From the IMG/VR virus record IMGVR_UViG_2778261592_000009, positions 1-38,284 of that record: a DNA stretch of 38,284 bases; one strand, given 5' to 3'. Shown in pieces: positions 29,418 through 38,284 of the stretch. The position numbers and the translations under genes were made by a program. The notes beneath the pieces are model-generated. The model was not told the origin of the DNA. It saw only the letters and a program-made list of their open reading frames with translations, and did not search any database. Within the stretch, counting starts at the first letter, position 1. Each line of letters begins with the position of its first letter. The DNA comes from a virus (taxonomy: Duplodnaviria > Heunggongvirae > Uroviricota > Caudoviricetes).

Positions 29418-29799
29418 CTCTGAGTTTTTATCTTCAGCGGAGCGTTGCTTTGCGGAGGATTCTGAAGTTGGTTATCGTAATACTATTTCGCGGGCATATT
29501 ATGCGCTTTACCATGAAATAAAAGAGAATCTGACCAGTCTTCCTGCTTATACGAAGGATCATCATTCCAGTCTTATCTCTTATCTTAAAAATAAGAGTGA
29601 AAACAAACTGGAGCCATATGATCCATTAAGCCTAAAATCCATGGCTTACAAACTTGAGCAACAGAGACTGGCTCGAAATGAAGCAGATTATGACCTCACT
29701 AGCTGTGCAATAGATAAAGCAATGGCACAGCAATCTCTCTTAGAGGTTAAGACTATTTTTTCTCAGTGGGAAAAAATGAAGACTGATGAAGCTGTTTAA
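29404..29799 (+). CDS. HEPN-like small protein (131 aa), tentative
   Basis: ATG 29404; helix-like segment NTISRAYYALYHEIKENL (R-x6-H) and later LARNEADYDL resemble HEPN signatures (by eye); followed by strong terminator. Confidence 0.5.
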   Translation: MPITSSEFLSSAERCFAEDSEVGYRNTISRAYYALYHEIKENLTSLPAYTKDHHSSLISYLKNKSENKLEPYDPLSLKSMAYKLEQQRLARNEADYDLTSCAIDKAMAQQSLLEVKTIFSQWEKMKTDEAV

Positions 29800-29816
29800 A
29801 CTCATTCAGTGAATTA

Positions 29817-29846
29817 ACAAAACCCGCCATTCGGCGGGTTTTTTGC
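29817..29846 (+). terminator. rho-independent terminator closing the cargo cassette
   Basis: CCCGCC(29823..29828)-ATTC-GGCGGG(29833..29838) followed by TTTTTT; preceded by AAAA, so possibly bidirectional. Confidence 0.7.
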
Positions 29847-29863
29847 TTTCTGGAGCCTACCAA

Positions 29864-30616
29864 ATGGCAGTATCTGACCAGACCCGCAGCGGCGACCTTG
29901 CCGAAACATTCAAATCTGAACGGGAAACAACAAAGAATCAGATCCGTGTCGCCTTGCCTGGCATTATTCAGTCATTCGATCCTGATGCGGTGACGGCGGT
30001 TGTGCAGCCTGCTATCCGTTCGGTTGAAAAGGATAATGACGGCAACCGCATTACCAAAAATTACCCATTGCTGGTGGATGTTCCAGTGGTATTCCCACGT
30101 GGCGGAGGATGTACGCTAACGTTTCCGATTAAAGCCGGGGATGAGTGTCTTGTCGTTTTTGCCGATCGTTGTATTGATTTCTGGTGGCAGAGCGGCGGAA
30201 TACAGGAACCGGTCGATGACAGAATGCATGATTTATCGGATGCGTTTTGTATTGTAGGCCCCCAGTCGCAGGCGAGGAAGATTAGCGGTATTAATACCAG
30301 TGCCACACAGTTGCGTAGTGACGATGGCAGCACCTATTTTGAGCTTAATCCTGATACCAGGAAAATTAAAATTGTCGCTCCGGGTGGTCTTGATGTGGTT
30401 GCCCCTCTGGCTGATTTTTCTGAGAAAGTAACCATTCATGGCCTGTTAACCTGGATGGGGGGCATGGTGGGGTCTGTTGTTTCTGGTGTGGCTTCAAAAA
30501 TCACTGGTGTTGTTGAGTTTTTGGGTAGCGTGAAGGCTAACGGCAAGCCAATCGATAATACGCACACTCATGGTGGTGTTCAGCGCGGTGGAAGCAGTAC
30601 CGACGGGGTAAACTGA
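29864..30616 (+). CDS. baseplate central spike protein candidate (gpV / Mu gp45-like)
   Basis: ATG 29864 with GGAG RBS (maximal ORF from 29843); 250 aa; precedes gpW-like and gpJ-like genes. Confidence 0.55.
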   Translation: MAVSDQTRSGDLAETFKSERETTKNQIRVALPGIIQSFDPDAVTAVVQPAIRSVEKDNDGNRITKNYPLLVDVPVVFPRGGGCTLTFPIKAGDECLVVFADRCIDFWWQSGGIQEPVDDRMHDLSDAFCIVGPQSQARKISGINTSATQLRSDDGSTYFELNPDTRKIKIVAPGGLDVVAPLADFSEKVTIHGLLTWMGGMVGSVVSGVASKITGVVEFLGSVKANGKPIDNTHTHGGVQRGGSSTDGVN

Positions 30617-30969
30617 TGCGATACAGACGTGAAGACGCCGATGGCGATTACACCTTTGGCAGCGGTGATGACACCTGGCTGATTAACTCACCGGATGCCG
30701 TGGCACAGGCGGTAAAAACGCGATTCGAATTGTGGTATGGGCAATGGTTTCTCGACACCACCGAGGGGACTCCGTGGATCCAGTCCGTACTCGGTAAGCA
30801 GAAGCCGGAAACCTACAACCTGTCCGTCCGTAAGCGCATCCTCGAAACGCGGGGCGTTAAATCAATCCTCTCTTTCAATACGACGGTGGATACCACGACC
30901 CGACGTGTCATGTTTTCCGCTGAAATCGACACTCTCTATGGAATAACGACTGTTACATCGGAGGCGTAA
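30616..30969 (+). CDS. baseplate protein candidate (gpW / gp25-like size class, 117 aa)
   Basis: ATGA overlap with spike gene; position before J-like gene. Confidence 0.5.
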   Translation: MRYRREDADGDYTFGSGDDTWLINSPDAVAQAVKTRFELWYGQWFLDTTEGTPWIQSVLGKQKPETYNLSVRKRILETRGVKSILSFNTTVDTTTRRVMFSAEIDTLYGITTVTSEA

Positions 30970-32168
30970 TGGCTCTGAACCTTGATTCTCTCGGTTTATC
31001 TGCAAAGGTAACCGCGGAGGGGATCGGTGCGCCTGATTATCAGACGATACTCAGCACCATGATTAGCTATTTTCAGCAGATTTATGGCAGTGATGCCTAC
31101 CTCGAACCGGACAGCAAAGACGGCCAGATGGTGGCTCTGATGGCGCTGGCGATTCATGATGCCAATAATATGGCGATAACTGTCTACAACTGTTTTTCAC
31201 CGGCAACCGGCTATGGGGCTGCACTGACCAGTAACGTGAAAATAAATGGTATTTCACGTAAAGGCGCGACGAACTCTACGGTTGATTTGCTTCTTACAGG
31301 AACTGCCGGAACAACCATCATTAATGGCAGCGTGAAAGACAGTAATAATGTGATATGGCGTTTGCCTGCTTCAGTGGTGGTCGGCGTGGATGGTACAGTG
31401 ATGGCGACCGCAACATGTTCCGTCAGTGGTGCAGTGGCGGCGCTGGCTGGAACTATCACTGAAATTAATACGCCAACCCGTGGCTGGGTTTCGGTAACTA
31501 ATCCTGCTGCGGCTACTGTTGGCTCTCCGGCAGAAACTGATGCTGAGTTACGTATCCGCCAGTCGCAAAGTGTTGCGTTGCCATCAATAACCCCATTTGA
31601 AGCACTGGATGGTGCTGTTTCTAATGTTACCGGTGTAACCCGCCACAAACTCTATGAAAACGATACTGGTTCGGAGGACGGTAACGGGTTACCGCCACAC
31701 TCTGTTGCTGTAATTGTGGATGGCGGTGATGTGACGGATATTGCTCAGGCTATCAGAGGGAATAAAGGCCAGGGGACAGCCACTCACGGTACAACATCCG
31801 TTACGGTTCCGGATAAATACGGCAATCCCCATGTAATCAAATTCTCGCGTTCCAGTGATGTACCTGTTTATGCCCGGATTAAATTAAAAGTTTTTACGGG
31901 TTATACCTCACAGATAGGGCAGCAGATCCAGCAGGCTATTTCCGACTATATCAATAGTCTGATGATTGGTGATTCGGTCCTTTTAAGTCGCATTTACTCA
32001 CCGGCGAATCTTGGCGTGGTGAGTGGCGGGAATGCACGCTATTACGATATTCAGGAACTGACGATTGGGAAATCCCCGGGGGCTTTGTCGTCATCAAACA
32101 TTGATATCAGATACAACGAATCTGCGTCCTGTACACCGGAAAATATCGTTATAACGGTGGAGTCATGA
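30969..32168 (+). CDS. baseplate J-like protein
   Basis: 399 aa; size and position in baseplate cluster upstream of gpI-like and tail-fibre genes. Confidence 0.7.
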   Translation: MALNLDSLGLSAKVTAEGIGAPDYQTILSTMISYFQQIYGSDAYLEPDSKDGQMVALMALAIHDANNMAITVYNCFSPATGYGAALTSNVKINGISRKGATNSTVDLLLTGTAGTTIINGSVKDSNNVIWRLPASVVVGVDGTVMATATCSVSGAVAALAGTITEINTPTRGWVSVTNPAAATVGSPAETDAELRIRQSQSVALPSITPFEALDGAVSNVTGVTRHKLYENDTGSEDGNGLPPHSVAVIVDGGDVTDIAQAIRGNKGQGTATHGTTSVTVPDKYGNPHVIKFSRSSDVPVYARIKLKVFTGYTSQIGQQIQQAISDYINSLMIGDSVLLSRIYSPANLGVVSGGNARYYDIQELTIGKSPGALSSSNIDIRYNESASCTPENIVITVES

Positions 32169-32845
32169 GCAAATACACCGAACTGATCACGAACTACCAC
32201 GCCACCAAACCTAAATTTCTTGCACATGTTGATCTGATGACCCGGCCGCTTATTGATGTTGCGGCTGCCACCAGAGGGCTGATTACTGCATTTGATATTG
32301 ACTCTGCGGTTGGTGTGCAACTTGACATTCTTGGATTGTGGATCGGACGTAGCCGTGTTGTCAGCCAGCCTATCTCAGGTGTCTATTTCAGCTGGGATAC
32401 CGACGGGCTTGGATATGATCAGGGTGTATGGCAGGGGCCATACGATCCTGATTCCGGATACATGTACCTCAGCGATGAAACTTATCGTGTCATCCTTAAA
32501 GCGAAGATTGCGATTAATAACTGGGACGGACGGAATGATTCGCTTCCAGCAATTCTTGACGCGGCGACAGCAGGATCCGGACTGCGAATGCAGATAGTCG
32601 ATAACCAGGACATGACGATATCGGTCTGGCTCTTTCCTGATACTGATATTTCAGATGTATCGCGTGAGTTAATTGCTGCAATTAAACAGGGATATCTCAC
32701 AGTAAAAGCCGCCGGGGTTTGGGCGGGTGGCATTGAAACACCTTCGGTGGAAACTCCATCGGAAGGTTCAAAATTTTTTGGTTTTGATATGGATAACGAA
32801 TTCATCAGTGGTTTTGATGTAGGGGCATGGGGAGTATTACTCTGA
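32165..32845 (+). CDS. baseplate / tail protein (P2 gpI-like position), 226 aa
   Basis: ATGA overlap with J-like gene; immediately upstream of tail fibre gene. Confidence 0.6.
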   Translation: MSKYTELITNYHATKPKFLAHVDLMTRPLIDVAAATRGLITAFDIDSAVGVQLDILGLWIGRSRVVSQPISGVYFSWDTDGLGYDQGVWQGPYDPDSGYMYLSDETYRVILKAKIAINNWDGRNDSLPAILDAATAGSGLRMQIVDNQDMTISVWLFPDTDISDVSRELIAAIKQGYLTVKAAGVWAGGIETPSVETPSEGSKFFGFDMDNEFISGFDVGAWGVLL

Positions 32846-33516
32846 TGGCGAAAAATGACTTTAAAGCGTTTGCAACTGATCGGAATGCCAATGTTATGTC
32901 GCAGGAGGAATGGGAAGCGTTGCCTGCGCTTTTATCCGGATTTACAGCAGGGAAAGCATCCAGTGCGCAAGTCAATAAGGTTATTCGGCAGGCCAGCTTT
33001 ATTGCTGCAGCTCTGGCCCAGTTTGTAAGTGACAAAACGCAACGGGATGTGCTTGATAATGGTGATCTGCCCGGTTTTGTTGAATTGCTGGGATCGGGGT
33101 TTGCTGTTGAATACCTGAGCCGCAAGAATCCGTTTGGTGATATCAAATCGGACGGCACGGTACCAACGGCTCTCGAAAACCTTGGTTTGGGAGAAGCGGC
33201 GAAAAGGAATGTGGGGACTGGGGCGAATCAGATACCAGACATGTCAGCTTATTCATCAGGATCTGGCTGGCAAAAATTGCCTGATGGTTCAATTGAACAG
33301 TGGGGAAGAATTAATTTCCCGACTAACGCCGCGGCGGTATCTACAAATGTGACTTTCCCCATTCCTTTTACGCAGGAGCCAGACGTAGTGATTGTATATG
33401 ACGGCGGTTTTGGTGGTGGGAATATGTGGGGCGCAACTAACTGGACGCGAACAGGATTTGTTGCGCATTGTAACTATGGATTTGAAGGTGGAGCTTTCTT
33501 TGCGAAAGGGCGTTAA
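32845..33516 (+). CDS. tail fibre protein (constant N-terminal part + currently expressed variable C-terminal part)
   Basis: ATG 32845 overlaps upstream stop (maximal ORF from 32827); crossover site at 33170..33196 lies inside the gene; followed by fibre assembly gene. Confidence 0.65.
   Translation: MAKNDFKAFATDRNANVMSQEEWEALPALLSGFTAGKASSAQVNKVIRQASFIAAALAQFVSDKTQRDVLDNGDLPGFVELLGSGFAVEYLSRKNPFGDIKSDGTVPTALENLGLGEAAKRNVGTGANQIPDMSAYSSGSGWQKLPDGSIEQWGRINFPTNAAAVSTNVTFPIPFTQEPDVVIVYDGGFGGGNMWGATNWTRTGFVAHCNYGFEGGAFFAKGR
33170..33196. repeat. left inversion crossover site (hix/gix-like) inside tail fibre gene
   Basis: CTCTCGAAAACCTTGGTTTGGGAGAAG; 15 of its 3' nt (TTGGTTTGGGAGAAG) recur in inverse orientation at 35019..35045; resembles the AAACC..GGTTT core of Hin/Gin/Cin/Pin sites. 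Confidence 0.6.
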
Positions 33517-33518
33517 TT

Positions 33519-33959
33519 ATGAAATATTTATATATTGATAATCTGGCGTACCCTTACGCCCTACAGTCTGTTTACGCTGCAAAAGGGCAATGGCCAGAAG
33601 GAAAAGGCGTAGACATAGACGAAGCTATTTTCAGGGAATATTTCCATGACACGCCGCCCGAAGGTAAGCGCAGAATTACCGCAGGCGACGGAATGCCAGC
33701 TTGGGCAGATGTTCCTCCACCAACACGTGAAGAACAAATTGCATCAGCCGAAACTAAAAAGCAGCAATTGATTAACCAGGCCAACGAATACATCAACAGT
33801 AAACAATGGCCAGGTAAAGCATCAATTGGTCGTCTGAAAGGTGAGGAACTGGTGCAATATAATTTGTGGCTGGATTATCTGGACGCACTGGAACTGGTCG
33901 ATACTTCCGGTGCGCCAGATATTGAATGGCCTACGCCTCCGGCAGTTCAGGCCAGATGA
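33519..33959 (+). CDS. tail fibre assembly chaperone (Tfa/U-like)
   Basis: 146 aa ending APDIEWPTPP, typical Tfa C-terminus; directly after tail fibre gene. Confidence 0.8.
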   Translation: MKYLYIDNLAYPYALQSVYAAKGQWPEGKGVDIDEAIFREYFHDTPPEGKRRITAGDGMPAWADVPPPTREEQIASAETKKQQLINQANEYINSKQWPGKASIGRLKGEELVQYNLWLDYLDALELVDTSGAPDIEWPTPPAVQAR

Positions 33960-34533
33960 CGTCCGGCGCTGTGCTGGTATCTGTTGCCGTCACCGCGTCA
34001 ATGTAATCCAGCACAGCGTTAAGTCGGGTGTTTTCTGGCTGCGTCAGCTTCCGCCCAGCCTGTAATTTCAGTTGAATCAGACTGATGGAAGCCATTGCAG
34101 CATCAATCAGCGACTGGCGCTGTGCTTCTGCCGCTTCTACTGCGGCGCTATGCTGTGCCTCGGTATCCGTCACCCATTTCTCACCATCCCATTTATCGTA
34201 TGGCGTTAACGGGGCGATAGTGGTTGTATTTTCAGGGTAATCACCCGGAACTGTGATTTCTTTGGTATCTCCCGTTTCGGTACTATAGACAACTTCACCG
34301 CGATGGTCTGGCACATATTCCCATGAATTTAAATCTACAGAGCGACAGATTGCATAACCAGCTTTATGTGTACCTGGTGCATCCAGACAGGAACATGCCG
34401 GGATACCGACTCCGACAGCGAGATATTCAGTTGATGTAGAAATATATTCCCGCGTTTCGCCATCATAGTTATGTACGATGATTTCCCCATCATTTAAAGC
34501 GTAACCGTCTTTTCCCAAAATAGCCTGTTCCAT
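33931..34533 (-). CDS. alternative tail fibre assembly chaperone (Tfa'/U'-like) within invertible segment
   Basis: 200 aa on opposite strand ending APDVIWPELPEA; converges on Tfa with 29-nt 3' overlap. Confidence 0.75.
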   Translation of the reverse strand: MEQAILGKDGYALNDGEIIVHNYDGETREYISTSTEYLAVGVGIPACSCLDAPGTHKAGYAICRSVDLNSWEYVPDHRGEVVYSTETGDTKEITVPGDYPENTTTIAPLTPYDKWDGEKWVTDTEAQHSAAVEAAEAQRQSLIDAAMASISLIQLKLQAGRKLTQPENTRLNAVLDYIDAVTATDTSTAPDVIWPELPEA

Positions 34534-35073
34534 TTATGCAGCCCTCACAATGTAGTTAAATGCAATGTTTCGCGGGCTACCATCACCGGCGCCGGAACTG
34601 ACATGATTTGTTCTATCCATTCGTTTACTGTCATTTGTTGTTCCACTCCCATCCTTCCACGAATACAATAACCCGCCATCGCCAATGCTCAACTGCACCG
34701 CAAATACGGATGATGTACCTAATTCACCAACATCTCTAGCCATGAGTGGGTTCCCTGTCCATCCATGCATTTCATGGTTATGTTCAAGGATAGATGCTGC
34801 CTGACTTGAAAGCAGCAGTCTCGCGGAATCAACACCTCGCCCATCATCCCACCCGCGAATAAACTCACCGCGCAAATCCGGTAATTTTAACTTTGGGTAA
34901 GCCTTTGCCAGTTTTGGGTACTCTTCGGCAGAAAAAGGTGCACCGTTGCATTTCAGCCAGCCTGTTGGTGGTGTGGCTGAAGGCCACGGAACAGGCACAC
35001 CAACGGGTAACGCTGAGCCTTCTCCCAAACCAACGTTTATGAAAATGCAGAAATAACGAGCAAATGGCATCAT
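34534..35073 (-). CDS. alternative tail fibre C-terminal (receptor-binding) segment, Sv'-like
   Basis: Encodes LGEGSALPVGVPVPWPSATPPTGWLKCNGAPFSAEEYPKLAKAYP, the conserved junction of Mu/P1/e14-type invertible fibres; crossover site lies in codons 13-20 in the same codon phase as in the expressed fibre gene. Confidence 0.65.
   Translation of the reverse strand: MMPFARYFCIFINVGLGEGSALPVGVPVPWPSATPPTGWLKCNGAPFSAEEYPKLAKAYPKLKLPDLRGEFIRGWDDGRGVDSARLLLSSQAASILEHNHEMHGWTGNPLMARDVGELGTSSVFAVQLSIGDGGLLYSWKDGSGTTNDSKRMDRTNHVSSGAGDGSPRNIAFNYIVRAA
35019..35045. repeat. right inversion crossover site (inverted copy)
   Basis: CTTCTCCCAAACCAACGTTTATGAAAA; reverse complement shares TTGGTTTGGGAGAAG with site at 33170..33196. 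Confidence 0.6.
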
Positions 35074-35099
35074 TCCTGCTTTTGTCAGGGGGATCTACC

Positions 35100-35654
35100 A
35101 TGCTTATTGGCTATGTACGCGTATCAACAAATGACCAGAACACAGATCTACAACGTAATGCGCTGAACTGTGCAGGATGCGAGCTGATTTTTGAAGACAA
35201 GATAAGCGGTACAAAGTCCGACAGACCAGGACTGAAAAAGCTGCTCAGGACATTATCGGCAGGTGACACGCTGGTAGTCTGGAAACTGGACCGACTGGGG
35301 CGCAGTATGCGGCATCTTGTCGTGCTGGTGGAGGAGTTGCGCGAACGAGGCATCAACTTTCGTAGTCTGACGGATTCAATTGATACCAGTACCCCAATGG
35401 GGCGCTTTTTCTTTCATGTGATGGGTGCCCTGGCTGAAATGGAGCGTGAACTGATTGTTGAACGAACAAAAGCTGGACTGGAAGCAGCTCGCGCACAAGG
35501 ACGAATTGGTGGACGTCGCCCCAAACTTACACCAGAACAATGGGAGCAGGCCGGACGATTAATTGCATCAGGCGTTCCTCGCCAGAAGGTGGCGATCATC
35601 TATGATGTTGGTATATCGACACTGTATAAGAAGTTTCCGGTCGGAGATAAATGA
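35100..35654 (+). CDS. site-specific DNA invertase, Hin/Gin/Cin/Pin serine recombinase family
   Basis: MLIGYVRVSTNDQNTDLQRNAL ... WKLDRLGRSMRHL ... GRIGGRRPKLT closely follows E. coli Pin / Mu Gin as recalled; ATG 35100 (maximal ORF from 35064). Confidence 0.9.
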   Translation: MLIGYVRVSTNDQNTDLQRNALNCAGCELIFEDKISGTKSDRPGLKKLLRTLSAGDTLVVWKLDRLGRSMRHLVVLVEELRERGINFRSLTDSIDTSTPMGRFFFHVMGALAEMERELIVERTKAGLEAARAQGRIGGRRPKLTPEQWEQAGRLIASGVPRQKVAIIYDVGISTLYKKFPVGDK

Positions 35655-35714
35655 AACCGTAGCACGTCGTATGCAAGAAGATCGTGCTGCGGTTTATGCT
35701 TATCACTTAAAGAC

Positions 35715-36584
<870 letters not shown>

Positions 36585-36664
36585 CTAACTCTTTGAATTT
36601 ACATAGTACAAAAAAGATACTTTTCCTCATAATGTGAATTAATTTTATGTTTCGTTTGATGATT

Positions 36665-36729
36665 GGACCGGTCTCGAAAACCGGAGTAGGGGCAACTCTA
36701 CCGGGGTTCAAATCCCCCTCTCTCCGCCA
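36665..36729 (+). other. attR core: 3' 65 nt of a tRNA-Ser-like gene (anticodon stem to CCA end), no 5' half present
   Basis: GGACCGGTCTCGAAAACCGG (anticodon loop CTCGAAA, anticodon CGA), long variable arm GAGTAGGGGCAACTCTACC, T-arm GGGGTTCAAATCCCC, acceptor TCTCTCCGCCA; upstream sequence cannot form D-arm or acceptor 5' strand. Confidence 0.6.
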
Positions 36730-37313
36730 CTTTATCAATGACTTATCTCCCGACTTCCCGCCTTGCTTTTCCTAAACAGAACAATCGTAGAATATTCTTG
36801 AAGGGTTAGATCGTCACTGTTTTCTGTTCGATACTGTGACATTCAGCACTTGATTCGCTATGGATCTGACAGGAAGGTTTTGAGCGAAAATCTGCAGTTA
36901 TTCAGTCGTTTTCTTATCGGTCACCATTATTCTTTTAGACATTGATCCTACAAAGCTGCCGCAAAGTTGGTGGTGGGAACTGAAGTTGCGTAGAGAAGGG
37001 GTCAATACCCGGAGGCAAACATGGGCTGGCAAAAGTGTAGCGGTATTAGGCGCAGCTATTTAGCCTAGTTATGTTTTATGAAAACTTGATATCATATAAG
37101 TGTCTTACTTATTGGCTGTAAATAAGTTTTTCCTAAGGAATTGTTTCTTGAGTATCATTTGTAACTGTAACGTAATTTATAATTCTTTGCTTTATTGTTA
37201 CGGTATTTTTTATCACACCCTATTTTTTATGTGGTTTTTTATACTGAAGTTTGGCAAAGTGAACTTTATATGCATATACTTCATCCTAGTTTCAGTTAAA
37301 TTGGGTGGATGAT

Positions 37314-38057
37314 ATGGCAACTACATGTTCAGTTATATTGATTTTGGAGTCCTTTGATGTTTATTTCGGAAAAGAGAGTGTGTTTCTGGAGAGAGGTTCA
37401 TCTGTACTTGTCGACTCTAGCTCTAGAGATTTCTTCCTGACATATCCTGAAAGAGTGATAGTGGCAGATTTTGGCGCTGAGTTTATTAGTCGCTATTTGA
37501 AAGCTAATAACTTAAGGGATATTTCTGATTATAGGGAATATCCATCTTATTTAAAAATAAACTTTGCTGACTTCAGTTTAATTAAAGGATTAATTAGTTG
37601 GGCTAATCACTGTGCTGAATACATAGAAATTTTTGATGAGTCTATTGCTTTTACATGTCTCTCTGCATTTTCTTCTGAAAAACAATTTGGAGTATTTCTG
37701 TTTGGATGTTTGAAAAGCACAGGGGCTAAAGTTAAAACGATTATTCATACGGATTTATCTGCACCATGGCGTCTTAAGGATATATCATCAAGATTATATC
37801 TCAGCGAAAGTTTACTAAAGAGGAAATTGAAAGAAGAGGGGGTATCATTCAGTAAGATCATACTTGATGAGAGGATGCAAATGGCTGAATATTTACTCAG
37901 CACTCGTTGTTATCCTATTAGTAAAGTAGCTAAGGTCTGTGGTTATGCCAGTATCTCATACTTTACTTATGTATTTAGACGTTATTTTGGTGTTTCTCCA
38001 AGTCAATACTCTCAGAGGAGTTCAGAAAGTAAAATTCTTACTCACCAGGGAATCTGA
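37314..38057 (+). CDS. AraC-family transcriptional regulator (Rns/AggR/PerA-like style), 247 aa
   Basis: C-terminal HTH pattern ISKVAKVCGYASISYFTYVFRRYFGVSPSQY; GGTGGA RBS before ATG 37314 (maximal ORF from GTG 37305); very AT-rich; outside prophage. Confidence 0.7.
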   Translation: MATTCSVILILESFDVYFGKESVFLERGSSVLVDSSSRDFFLTYPERVIVADFGAEFISRYLKANNLRDISDYREYPSYLKINFADFSLIKGLISWANHCAEYIEIFDESIAFTCLSAFSSEKQFGVFLFGCLKSTGAKVKTIIHTDLSAPWRLKDISSRLYLSESLLKRKLKEEGVSFSKIILDERMQMAEYLLSTRCYPISKVAKVCGYASISYFTYVFRRYFGVSPSQYSQRSSESKILTHQGI

Positions 38058-38098
38058 TCATTGTTCTTGCCCCCTTATTTCCAGACAGGGGGTGTATC

Positions 38099-38284
38099 TT
38101 AAGTTAACGTTACCCGCTGACGTCGATATTCTCGCGGAGAGCGATAACCCAACGCACTGTGCGGATGGTTTTCATTGTAATGTTCGATCGCCACTGCAAG
38201 ATTATGCAATGCCGTTCTTACATTCGGTTTCGGCATGAACGCGATGTAGTCTTCCTTCATCGTTTTCACGAACCTTTCTGCCAT
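38099..38284 (-). CDS. transposase (integrase-core type) C-terminal portion, partial at window edge
   Basis: ORF runs into window end; [18 protein letters not shown] resembles the conserved C-terminal end of rve-type IS transposases (recalled pattern). Confidence 0.5.
   Translation of the reverse strand: MAERFVKTMKEDYIAFMPKPNVRTALHNLAVAIEHYNENHPHSALGYRSPREYRRQRVTLT

Larger units (their letters stand above)
33170..35045. mobile_element. invertible tail-fibre host-range segment (G/C/P-segment-like), ~1.9 kb
   Basis: Bounded by inverted crossover sites; contains convergent Sv-U and U'-Sv' gene pairs; serine invertase gene immediately adjacent. Confidence 0.6.

Noticed and set aside
34534-35073. 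Sv'-like ORF as an independently expressed gene
   Set aside because: It lacks its own promoter context and its first 12 codons lie outside the invertible segment; it is the silent alternative fibre C-terminus awaiting inversion

Overview
This window is the right-hand ~36.7 kb of a lambdoid prophage plus ~1.5 kb of flanking host DNA. Calls rest on reading the ORF track and the raw sequence by eye; no searches were run, so family names are recollection or motif-level unless stated. Left to right: leftward early genes (partial gene, N-position gene, PL/OL); an immunity operon on the minus strand (cI-like repressor, then two AT-rich cargo genes in the slot lambda uses for rexA/rexB); cro, cII-like, O with embedded origin iterons, P and ren (O, P, R, Rz, RusA and YbcO look near-identical to known lambda/E. 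coli prophage proteins); a secreted-protein moron and a ~590-bp ORF-free stretch; a nin-like region (ninB, ninE, ybcO, rusA, ylcG) and a Q-position gene; a lysis cassette (dual-start holin, R, Rz with embedded Rz1); a frameshifted KilA-N gene and an antisense orphan; terminase, portal, Mu F-like and head genes; a contractile-tail module (sheath, tube, chaperone with -1 frameshift, tape measure, P2/Mu-like baseplate); a Pin/Gin-type invertible tail-fibre segment with its invertase; a GIY-YIG-like gene; and an attR core that is the 3' part of a tRNA-Ser gene. Beyond attR lie an AT-rich AraC-family regulator and a transposase fragment. The two best candidates for an undescribed system are (1) the GNAT-like + ASCH gene pair co-oriented with cI and (2) a two-gene cassette with its own promoter and terminator, including a HEPN-like protein, inserted between baseplate genes. 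No CRISPR array, rRNA or intact tRNA was seen.
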